The position numbers and the translations under genes were made by a program. The notes under the pieces were generated by a model. The model searched no databases and was not told the origin of the DNA. It saw only the letters and a list, made by a program, of their open reading frames with translations. A stretch of DNA of 12,066 nucleotides from Vitrella brassicaformis CCMP3155 (Eukaryota; Protista; Chromerida). Location: contig CDMY01000902.1 in assembly GCA_001179505.1 (NCBI GenBank), positions 1 through 12,066 on the forward strand. The letters run 5' to 3'. Below, piece after piece: positions 1-8,398 of this stretch; positions within the stretch are counted from its first letter, which is position 1, and the number at the start of each line of letters is the position of its first letter.

Positions 1-409
1 CGAAGACTTCGGCTCAGATAAGCAAGAACCAAGTTGCTGCGCCCAAGTGCGAAAAGGCCGGTGAAGACCTTTCCTGTAGTTAGATGAATAGAGGATCTGC
101 TGGGCGGTAAGTCCCAGTAAGAGTGTTTTTACTTTAGTAAGACCGATGGACTGACCAGTCAGTCAAAGTTGTTTCTGTCCATGTATGGCATCATGAAGGG
201 TGGTCAACACAGATCTCACTTCGGTGATGGCTGATAAGATCGTGTCTCCTCAGAATGCTTTCCTTGTCTTTCCTTGTCTTCTCCTCTCTCTCTCCGTTAC
301 ATAGCAATCTACCCTAGCTCACAAGCTCGCAGTGGTTCGTCTTGCCAAGCTGGCAATCCTGACACCGACCCCCCGACGGAGGAGGGCAACTCATGGGTTC
401 AATTCCTCC

Positions 410-629
410 AGTTGACCACAGCGCAAGTTTCTCGGGGAGGGTAGACTAGCTACCCTAAGGATCTCACTGGAGTGTCTGTCAAACGGATCTCACTGGGCGC
501 GCCGCGAGGACCAGCCGAAGAGTGGCACTAAATTCGCTTTCTTGGCAAGCGGACTTTTTCTCAGAGTGAAACGGACTTCTGTGCTATGTCAACTCTTCGA
601 ACGACGCATGAAGATGCATTCCCGCAACA
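410..629 (-). mobile_element. Candidate LTR (5' or solo) of a second LTR element
   Basis: On the minus strand it starts TGTTGCGGGAATG, versus TGTTGCGGAATG for the copia LTR at 8627, and ends GGTCAACT, versus CGCAACT. Length is 220 bp versus 229 bp. TGGAGGAATTGAACCC overlaps the last LTR base in the primer-binding-site position. There is little internal similarity to the 8399-8627 LTR and no gag ORF was recognised, so the call is tentative. Confidence 0.3.
459..496 (+). repeat. 12-bp direct repeat GGATCTCACTGG x2, next to a 7-bp hairpin
   Basis: Exact copies at 459-470 and 485-496, with partial copies at 212-220 (GATCTCACT) and 740-749 (CTCACTGGAG). A perfect stem AGGGTAG/CTACCCT lies at 438-456. 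Confidence 0.8.
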
Positions 630-1020
630 CATGAATGCGGTCAGTAGGGCTGATTGCTTAGACTTTTGGTTGGTTTATACTCGCAAGCGAGTGATTGGTC
701 TATCTTCTTCTTTCATGCTGGGGATCTCGCCGTGAATGACTCACTGGAGCCGTTTTCCATCACATTGACTCTCTTTCCCCCGCTCAGAACGACTCTGAAA
801 CAACGAAAAACCATCCATTCACTCGCTCATATGGGGTGCAAGTGGCTGCGAAGCCCTTGGTGTCTCCGTGTCTGACTCACCGTTGATCTCCACAAACTAG
901 TTTGCATGCCAGTGGGCCCATGACGGCACAAAAGGCACATAAATCATGCTGCCCCGCCTGCAGCGTGAATGCGCATATGCATCAGTCGAAATGATCATCA
1001 AATCGCGTCGCTCGCGCGAT

Positions 1021-1058
1021 GGGTGGATGGATGGGTGGGTGGGTGGGCTGATGGATGG
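1021..1058 (+). repeat. (GGAT/GGGT)n microsatellite-like tract
   Basis: gggtggatggatgggtgggtgggtgggctgatggatgg. Confidence 0.8.
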
Positions 1059-1484
1059 CTGTGAGGGGAGGGGAGCGAAAGGCAAGGGAGGGAGACTGGC
1101 CGGTGACATCAGCCCCGCACAAACGTGTGGGCTGGATGAATGTCATCAGATGCCTCAGATGACTCAACTGACCATCCTGTGAGTCACCAATGGGCGTTTG
1201 CTGCCTCGCGTGAGAGCGTGACTCAACCTCGGCAAGCAAACTCGCCTTTTCATCATCTGACAATCAAAATGTCTTTCTCCATGGAGTCACTCTTTCATTT
1301 TTCCGCTCTTTCACAGAGGGGTGCTTCATGTGTCTTGCGGTCATTTTGAGCCATGAAATGGTCCCTTTGGATAGCTGATGAGTGAGTGATTGGTTTATGC
1401 GGTTCATTTTGCTTGTGAATGGAGTGATCGGGATGGGCTGATTGCTTGACAGAAATGATTGCTTTATGTGGTTGTTTGTTGAAG

Positions 1485-3107
1485 GGGTATATCATGCCCG
1501 ACTCCCAGGATGCCAAAGACATGCCCAAGGGCGACATGAAGCGTCGCGAGGCCGCATGGACTGAGAAGAAAATCAAACTGAAAAACCCAAACTATGCCAT
1601 CAACCCACTCCGTAAACACGCAGAGGGCACGAGGACATGTGTGCTTGCCTTCCTACGTTATATTTTCTGGTGCTGCTGTCTATCAGGTTTGTCTATTCGC
1701 AATCTGCCCTTGTCTGTTGACCCCAATGGGCTGCGATCGGCCATCACATCCATCCTGACCAGTGACGACAGGGGCAAGGCAGCTCTCAGGTGACGAGCCG
1801 TGCGATCGGGGGATGATGCCACGGCACAGTCACATGAGACTGGTTTCTCGTCTGCATATTCAGGGCACCTCCATCTGAGTGGGACGACCCACAAGCGAGA
1901 CTGGTCGACACGGTGGGCCTGCAGGATGACAAGATGCTCAAGAAGAAAGCGGTGGCGGCCGTCAAGAGGGTAGGCGTCAGTATTCTGCCCACGCAGATAC
2001 CTGTTTGATCACTGTATGACCAAGACCGCAAGACCTATGTCGGGTCGCTGGGGCAGGAGAAAGTGCGACGATCGAAGGTCGGTAGACAGATGGCTTCGAC
2101 CCATACACAGCCACCCGCATATGTCTTTCCTTGACTTGTTGACGTACATGTATCTAGGGTTTTGCGTTTGTTGACTTCGGGCGGCATCGCGTGGCGCTGG
2201 CAACCCTCCGCTACCTCAACAACAACCCCACCGTGTTCGCCAAGCAAAAGTGAGCATGTGTGGTAATGCCTAGTATTCACATATCTACGTGCGCTGGTGC
2301 TTACCCGATGCGCAGGTGTCCCATAGTTGAGTTTGCCATTGAGGACAAGCGAGCCCTCAAATACAAAGTATGACACGTGCATAAGCAGCGCACCAGCAGG
2401 CACAGCCACACTGGCTGCATGCTGCCTTGCTTCTCCGCAGGAGATGCGCCGCGAGAAGGTCGAGAAAAGAAAGGCAGCAGCACTCGAAAAGCCGGCAACC
2501 GACGACGCGCAGGCCGAAAAAGAGAAAATGGCAGCGGGCGGGGAGCCGAGGGAGGACAGCACAGCAGAGATCAAGAAGAAAAGCAGAGGTCCGGATGGAC
2601 GTTTGCAACGGCATACTCAGACTTGAATGTGATGCGTTGTGTGACGGGCTGCAGGTCAGCGTCAGCGCGAGAGGCGACGCCAAGAGAGGGATGCCATGGA
2701 TACTGAGGAGCACCAACAGACGCAGGATGAGCCACGGGCCACCAAGAAAAGGAAGGCGGAGGATATCGCCCGGTACGGACACGTATAGAGTGGAGCACAG
2801 ATGCACGTCTGCATGTGTTGATCTGTCCACCCCATGTCGTGAAGGAGGGCCACCTGTTGGACCGTCTGGCCAAGTCGGCGACGCCCCATGAAGCGAGCGG
2901 CGCTGCTCTCCTCATCAAGATGCACAAGAAGGGAACCGTTCATGAGAGTGACGACCTGGAGGTGAGGAACGACCACACGAGCAAGTTCGCGAGGGCATTA
3001 CGCTTCTTTCTTGCACTTTTTCTCAGTTGTCGGCTCTCGCCCGTCGGAAGCGAAAACTGATTCAGATGGGCCCGAATCTTTTGTGCATATGTCAACGAAC
3101 AATGTGA
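1485..3107 (+). pseudogene. RBM28: 3' half of an RBM28/NOP4-like nucleolar RRM protein gene; about 10 exons, probably degraded or 5'-truncated
   Basis: Manually spliced exons: 1485-1611, 1687-1789, 1864-1969, ~2025-2077, 2158-2249, 2316-2367, 2441-2588, 2655-2772 (or 2782), 2845-2961 and 3027-3107, with GT-AG introns mostly 62-80 nt. The product reads GYIMPDSQDAKDMPKGDMKRRE..KKIKLKNPNYAINPLRLSIRNLP...RSKGFAFVDF..HRVALATLRYLNNNP..CPIVEFAIEDKRAL. This matches the last RRM and flanks of RBM28/Nop4 (DM.KRE, KLK.PN, RL...NLP, AL..L...NNNP, RPIVEF..ED). The exon 3/4 and 8/9 junctions do not splice cleanly, and no upstream DKRNLYL exon was found. Confidence 0.8.
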
Positions 3108-3260
3108 CGTATTCACTGTGATGGCGTTTGAGACTATCTATGGTTGTTGCTCGTTTCTGTTTTGACCGTCCACTGCTAAGTCACACACACATTCCAGATC
3201 GAAACAGATCCACCCACACACCCGTCTACTCTAGGCATGTAGGATCGTCAACACAAGCCG

Positions 3261-3358
3261 TCCAACAGTCCAAGGCACTCACACCCACCCACACGCAGAA
3301 CGAATGAATTAATGAATGGATGAAATGCATCACCATCTCTCAATCGCACCGATCACGA
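3261..3358 (+). repeat. ~95-bp dispersed direct repeat, copy 1 (copy 2 at 4068-4156)
   Basis: tccaacagtccaaggcactcaca...gaacgaatgaat...atgcatcacca..tctcaatcgcac.gatc.cga is shared collinearly, roughly 80% identical by eye. Confidence 0.85.
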
Positions 3359-3467
3359 ATAACGTCATGCAGAGGGCCATCCATCTATAACACGTTCTCA
3401 CGAGAAACAGACTCCTTCTCACGAGAGACAGACTCGAGAATGGCCAGAAAGTGATTGAATGAATAAA

Positions 3468-3872
3468 GGGGAGAAACTGTCATTAACCGTAACACTCGTC
3501 TGTGTGTCCGTGATACTCATACAAATACAGTCCCATCAGCACGCAGAGTCAAACAGGCTCAAGGGTTCCGGCAGTCACATCGTCGGCTGCATGTGGACAG
3601 CGCAGACGTCCCTTTCTCGTTGCATGCGCAACAGGGGGGCCCGCCGCCGTCTCGCGGGATGAGGGCAGGTGGAGGGGGTTGGGTGTAGTCCGATACACGC
3701 TCGCTCATCCGAAAAGGAGGAGAAACAGCCGAGAAATCACCAATTCAATCATGGGGGGAGGATTCCTACCAGCTAACGACGAAACTGGTGCTGTAAGTGT
3801 TATCACTTCGCGACTGCTTCGCGAACGCCTCGCAGTGAGTCGGCAACTGTGAGACTGTCTTGAATGAATAAA
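3468..3872. mobile_element. ~0.4-kb insertion nested in the left TIR with a 13-bp target-site-like duplication
   Basis: TTGAATGAATAAA occurs at 3455-3467 and 3860-3872. Removing the intervening DNA joins the two parts of the left TIR into a ~100-bp match to the right TIR. Confidence 0.5.
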
Positions 3873-4067
3873 TGAATGAATGAATGAATGAGTCAACGAA
3901 ACGATACGAATAATGACGCAAGGGCAGCAACTTGCAGTCACTGCAATGTGGCTATCTGACCAATCAACCGCCCGACCACCACAGACAACCAAGCGACACA
4001 TGCGTGCAGCCTGCACTGATGCTACTCTCCTGAGCCTTGCCACGGCCTCTCTCCATGAATCATGAGC

Positions 4068-4156
4068 TCCAACAATCCAAGGCACTCACACCACACGAAG
4101 AACGAATGAATGAACAAATGACATGCATCACCAAGTCTCAATCGCACTGATCGCGA
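4068..4156 (+). repeat. ~90-bp dispersed direct repeat, copy 2 (copy 1 at 3261-3358)
   Basis: Collinear match to 3261-3358. Confidence 0.85.
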
Positions 4157-4530
4157 CCCTGCGGATGACGAAAATGAAATCACCCAGTAGACAGATACAA
4201 TCGTCACTTCGGGGTGTGTAAATGAGTTCGATAGGACTGTTAGATATAGGTGAGACACACCATTGCTTGTTGCTTGTGTTGTGTGAGTGAGTGAGTGATG
4301 TCGATGGGCGGGTGGCTGGGTGATTGAACGGATGGATGGCTGCAAAGTGTGATGTACAACGTTAACGGGAGACAGGCGCCGGCGACCATCGGCTCATTTT
4401 CGCTAGCTTTGTGCTTCGGTAATGTGAGGCGACCAGGTACGAAAACATAGAGGCATTCTACACGCTCACTCAGGGTCAGCAATTTCAGCGCCGTCTACGA
4501 ATGGCTGATTCATATCTATGTTCAGCTTGA

Positions 4531-4549
4531 TCAATCAATCAATCAATCA
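4531..4549 (+). repeat. (TCAA)n microsatellite
   Basis: tcaatcaatcaatcaatca. Confidence 0.85.
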
Positions 4550-4834
4550 TTCACCATTGCAAAGAGGTCTCAGAAGTGAATGACTCATTCAATCATTCGT
4601 TGACTCATTCATTCATTCATTCATTCAATGACTTTCCGGCCATTCTCGAGTCTGCTTCTCGTGAGAAGGAGTCTGTTTCTCGTGAGAACGTGTTCTATCC
4701 ACCCACCCACTGGCAGCCACCTGCAGGTACAGGGGTGGTACAAGCTACACTAACCGCTCCATCACTACCGGAGCATTACTATAATTATACATCCAGCTAT
4801 GGCTGACAGAATCTACAATTTGCACCCACATCAC

Positions 4835-6110
4835 TCAACTGAGGGAATATCTATCTGAGATGCACTTTCGAGTGTTCGCATCTTTAAACAAATAGACCAT
4901 TGAGAATGACTTAGTCTCAGCTCCGGCACGGAACATGGCAGTGTTGGCAAAGGACGTTGCCGTAGTGACCGATGCACATCCCCATCCCATCACCAGCCAC
5001 TCCAGCAGCGGATGAGAAATTCTCACCGATATGTGAGCTGTATGCTCAATTTTGACGTCATTGTACGCAACACGCCCATACCTCGATAATCGTTCTTTGG
5101 CCTTCACCCGAAGCTCGGCCGAGTCAGAAGTGAAAAACACTGATGCGTTCCACGACGAGACATTGAGCATGTCGCCAAACAAGGTATCCACACATGACCA
5201 AAACTCGTTTTGACGCCAAATTATGGTCTTATGCAAGGAGCGCTCATCAAAAAAAGTACGAAACTGAACCACAGCAAGAGGACGGTCGAGATATAATCCG
5301 ATTGCCCTCATAAGTTCCATTGCTTTGTGAACCACCTCCTCTTTAGGTTTTGACAGCAACCAGGCCAAAGCACTTTGGAGCGGGCCAAAGGCGTCCGACA
5401 GTTCCTCCCAAAAATGTCGTCAAAGCGTAAGCGATATTTCGGATGGTTGAGTGTGATCATGAACGCACCGTGGCCATCCCTATTGATCACCAGCCGCTTG
5501 GAATACAGCTTGTTCCAGTCGGCATTGGCAGCTTGGAACTGGCCGGATTTCAATAAAACATTCTGACGTTCGTCGTCTGGTACAGCCTGAGCCACACTAT
5601 TTGCACCATATCTGTTGTCGCAAGGGACGAAGAAAGCATTCTGGCCGAGTGTTGGCGAATCAAACACTATGTGGAAGGCACCATGGTCGATCAGGAATAT
5701 GCGCTCGGTAGCCAAAGAAAACAACAAAGTGGACACCGAGGACCCAATGCGATTCCCCCAACCGGGATGTCCTCTTTCATAGCGATACACGACATAGCGG
5801 CGCTTCTCGGCAGGCAAAGCCATGTTCAGCGAATAAATCCGCTCCAACTCTCGTATGACGGGTTGCGAGTCGAGATCAGGAAACCCGACCCGTCCTTCAA
5901 TCACGTCCAAAGGGGTGAAGGGGAACTTATGCCCAGCTTTCACCGCTGTATTTGGGAAGTGACTTTCTTTTTCAGACACAATGTCATCGGATGCCTTCAG
6001 GGGACCCTCTCCCAGGATCTGCGCCGCCTTGAGTACCACGGGTGCAGAAAGAGTACGATGCCGGTGAACAGCAGCGCGGAAGCGAGAAGGAAACGGGGCC
6101 GTGGAAACAT
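4835..6110 (-). pseudogene. Intronless fucosyltransferase-like gene (GT37/GT23-type fold) with two -1 frameshifts; about 425 aa if repaired
   Basis: An ATG at 6110 gives a type II membrane anchor, MFPRPRFLLASALLFTGIVLFLH. After a shift at ~6040, ORF 5308-6039 contains GWGNRIGSSVSTLLFSLATERIFLID, similar to GLGNRIL.L.S.FLYALLT.RVLLVD of plant xyloglucan FUT1. After a shift at ~5375, ORF 4835-5368 contains AVVQFRT, VFFTSDS and LEWLVMGWGCASVTTATSFA, which correspond to the fucosyltransferase motifs I-III (H/Q-x-R, FxxTD, SxF). Confidence 0.75.
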
Positions 6111-6246
6111 TATTATTTCTCGTTTCAAGTCCCGATAAAAACGGACGCGTTATCTGGGAAGCCTAACCGCTCGTGGAAAAAACGGCTTTTTCCTTGCCGA
6201 GAAACACGATCGGCAGTACCGAGACACCCAGAAATTTGAAGGAAAT

Positions 6247-6296
6247 CATTGATTGATTGACTGATTGATTGATTGATTGATCGAATGATTGTTTGA
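6247..6296 (+). repeat. (GATT)n microsatellite
   Basis: cattgattgattgactgattgattgattgattgatcgaatgattgtttga. Confidence 0.9.
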
Positions 6297-6605
6297 TTAA
6301 TTCATGTTCCTGCCTGCTGTAGCCCGGGGTTTTGTCCGTGACAGGACAACGCTATGAAATAGCGCTTACTCGATGCTGATTCACCAATCGATAAGAGACA
6401 CAATTAAGAATGAATGACGACAAGCACACGAGTCAAGTCGACCTGATGTCACGACGAGTCAAAGGAGGCAACGAGTCGCAATGGCACTGGCTACACACAC
6501 ACACAAGTCGAATGTACAAATGCACACGTCTCAAGACTAGTCAGTGTCCGTCCTGTCAGTCCTATCCCTCTACCCGCTTTTCCTGTCTTTGTCGGCCACG
6601 CGCAG

Positions 6606-6807
6606 AGGCGCCAATCGGCAGAGGAAGCACGAGGCACCAGGGGCTGGTGCGATAGAGCTGTTGATCAAACAAGCCTGCCGAGCCGCAGGGAATGACGTCT
6701 TGACCACGAGATCTTGTCGGAGAGAAGCTGGGTGCGTGGATCTGGCGAAGACAGTCCTCGCCTGTGGTCTTCGGCCCCGTCTGGCCGGCTGGGATGATCA
6801 CGGTGGG
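6606..6807 (+). other. Possible orphan exon, weakly ankyrin-repeat-like
   Basis: A pyrimidine-rich tract ending CGCAG at 6605 and a GTGAGG donor at 6808 bracket an open frame, GAIELLIKQACRAAGNDVL...GCVDLAKTVLACG. No neighbouring exons were identified. Confidence 0.25.
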
Positions 6808-7002
6808 GTGAGGTGTTGGAAGGAAAGACACGGAGACGCCGCTCCGTGCAGTGGGCTTGCTGACGACGGTTGAGAGCACAAATACCTCTGGGGGGGCACG
6901 GAAGGCTCAGATGCTTGAAATCCACTAAGACAAAAGATGGATGCCGATGGGTCGGAAAATGGATGACCAGATGAAGCAAATGAGGCAGGAATGGGCCCTC
7001 TC

Positions 7003-7060
7003 GCTGAGGAAGTCCTGATTCGATGAGGACTTTCTCATCCGGATGAGGAAATCCTCACTC
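7003..7060. repeat. Three tandem ~19-bp self-complementary units, consensus GATGAGGA-NN-TCCTCATC
   Basis: gctgaggaagtcctgattc (7003-7021), gatgaggactttctcatcc (7022-7040), gatgaggaaatcctcactc (7042-7060). Confidence 0.75.
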
Positions 7061-7441
7061 ATAATAGTTTCACGATGCGAGCTTGGCAACCGGACCTAAA
7101 GCATCAGGCCCTTTATTCTTTGGTCTGAGACTCATCGATCTCCTTTTTCCTTTCAGAACTGTGAAAAACGAGGGCTACATCTCCAAGGGGTGAACGCACT
7201 CACGGGGAGGTGCAGAAAATTTTAATTTGGCCCATCGCCTCTCACATGAACCACAGGGACACGGAGCAGAAAAACTGGATGGCGAGAGAATGAGCCCGCC
7301 TTGCAAACTCCCTCGGGCTTTTGCCTCCTTGAATCAGTAAAAACGGAATCCGAAACAACGGTGCAGCTACCGTTGGGTGGCGGCTGAAATTTGAGGAACC
7401 TTTTTGACAGCGTCGTAGTTCTGGCCGCCTGCGTGTGGACT

Positions 7442-8300
7442 CAGCACAGCGAGATATGTCATGCACGTGCTGTCAGCTTTCACACTTAGGTCTCTTTCTC
7501 AAACGGCGCAAAGCGATAGCCGCTGGGGTGCAGACACAGACTGCAAAACGTATGAGTACATGTGCTTGGCATGAAATGAATTACAGTGTGCAATGAACTA
7601 GAATCCGAAGAGAAGTCAACACCGCCAAATGCCGTGTAATCGACACCAGTTTTCCCATTTTTTGAGACAACAAGACGGTCATGAGCACTGCGCGCTTGCG
7701 TGTGAATACAGCATAGCGAGATATATCATACATTCACACAATCGTGCTGTTTAGGTCCACAGCTGTCTCGAGTTTCGGTGGCGGTATGATGCAGTAACAC
7801 ACTTGTATTGAGTTCGGTCCACAAGTGCTGTCAGCAGTTGTCAGCATTCACATTTGGCTCTCTTTCTTCAAACGGCGCAAAACGATGGCCGCTGGTCATG
7901 ATACAAAGTGCATAACGTATGATGACATGTGCCTGGCGTGGAATGAGATACAGTGCGCAATGAACCTTGTCAACCAAGTTCCATGTAATGGACACCAGTT
8001 TTCCCATTTTTTTGACACAATGATACGGTCATGAACGGTCGCCGCGTGCGTGTGAATACAGCATAGAAAGTCGTTTCATGCATTAACACAATCGTGCTGG
8101 TTTAGGTCCACAGCTGTGCCCACGTTCGGTGCCTAGTTCTCTTTCTCAAGACGGCGCAGAGCAATGGCGGCTGGCGTGCAGACACAGCATGACGGGATGT
8201 ATCTAGATGTATCAGACATACATGCTTTTGCGTCGAATGAATGAGAGTCCCGAGAGAAATCAGCAGAATCCTCAAATTCCGTGTATCCGACACCAGTGGT
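7442..8300. repeat. Diverged tandem repeat with a ~290-370-bp unit (2 full copies, 1 partial, plus a fragment)
   Basis: Shared anchors: tctctttctc..acggcgca (7491, ~7859, 8138), gacaccagt (7642, 7991, 8289), an exact 20-mer tgcgtgtgaatacagcatag (7697, 8047) and tttaggtccacagctgt (7750, 8101). No conserved ORF was seen across copies. Confidence 0.9.
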
Positions 8301-8398
8301 CGCCACCTTTTACCCGAACGACAGGGCGCAATTGCGACTAGAAGCAGACTCGTCTCTGGCAGCGTCCGTGCGCACGCATATATTTCATCAACCAGATC

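Larger units (their letters stand above)
3389..4694. mobile_element. Non-autonomous TIR DNA transposon (MITE-like, 1306 bp)
   Basis: 3389-3464 is the reverse complement of 4619-4694 (72/76 identical), and 3873-3900 is the reverse complement of 4596-4623 (28/28, partly microsatellite). The element is flanked by the direct repeat CTAT (3385-3388 and 4695-4698). No transposase ORF is present. Confidence 0.65.

Noticed and set aside
1-209. Second LTR of a TRIM-like miniature element paired with 410-629
   Set aside because: It starts TGTTG on the minus strand, but beyond short words (CTTCATG) there is no collinear similarity to 410-629 and no adjacent PPT.
320-418. tRNA gene (A-box-like AGCTCGCAGTGGT and B-box GGTTCAATTCC)
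   Set aside because: No cloverleaf forms: the T-stem has two mismatches and there is no matching acceptor or anticodon arm. Kept only as a PBS-like or SINE-like observation.
654-1576. Short ORFs from the track (654-875, 897-1109, 946-1182, 982-1263, 1140-1349, 1295-1576)
   Set aside because: They are low-complexity or microsatellite translations with no recognisable motifs.
2006-2008. Selenocysteine or readthrough TGA in RBM28
   Set aside because: It would require a 27-nt intron and there is no SECIS evidence. A deletion over the acceptor is more parsimonious.
2035-2976. Minus-strand and alternative-frame ORFs over the RBM28 region
   Set aside because: They are shadows of GC-rich spliced exons on the plus strand.
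3389-3460. CRISPR-like array from the 21-bp subrepeats
   Set aside because: The context is eukaryotic, the units are contiguous without unique spacers and there are no cas genes.
5335-6060. Canonical GT-AG mini-introns explaining the fucosyltransferase frameshifts
   Set aside because: The frame-restoring candidates are only 29-35 nt, use weak signals and would delete conserved or transmembrane residues.
5375-6239. Plus-strand ORFs 5375-5566, 5671-6138 and 6042-6239
   Set aside because: They are antisense shadows of the fucosyltransferase gene.
7356-7375. 7-bp hairpin CAACGGT/ACCGTTG; similar 6-bp stem at 149-164
   Set aside because: Isolated short stems are expected by chance, and there is no terminator or RNA context.
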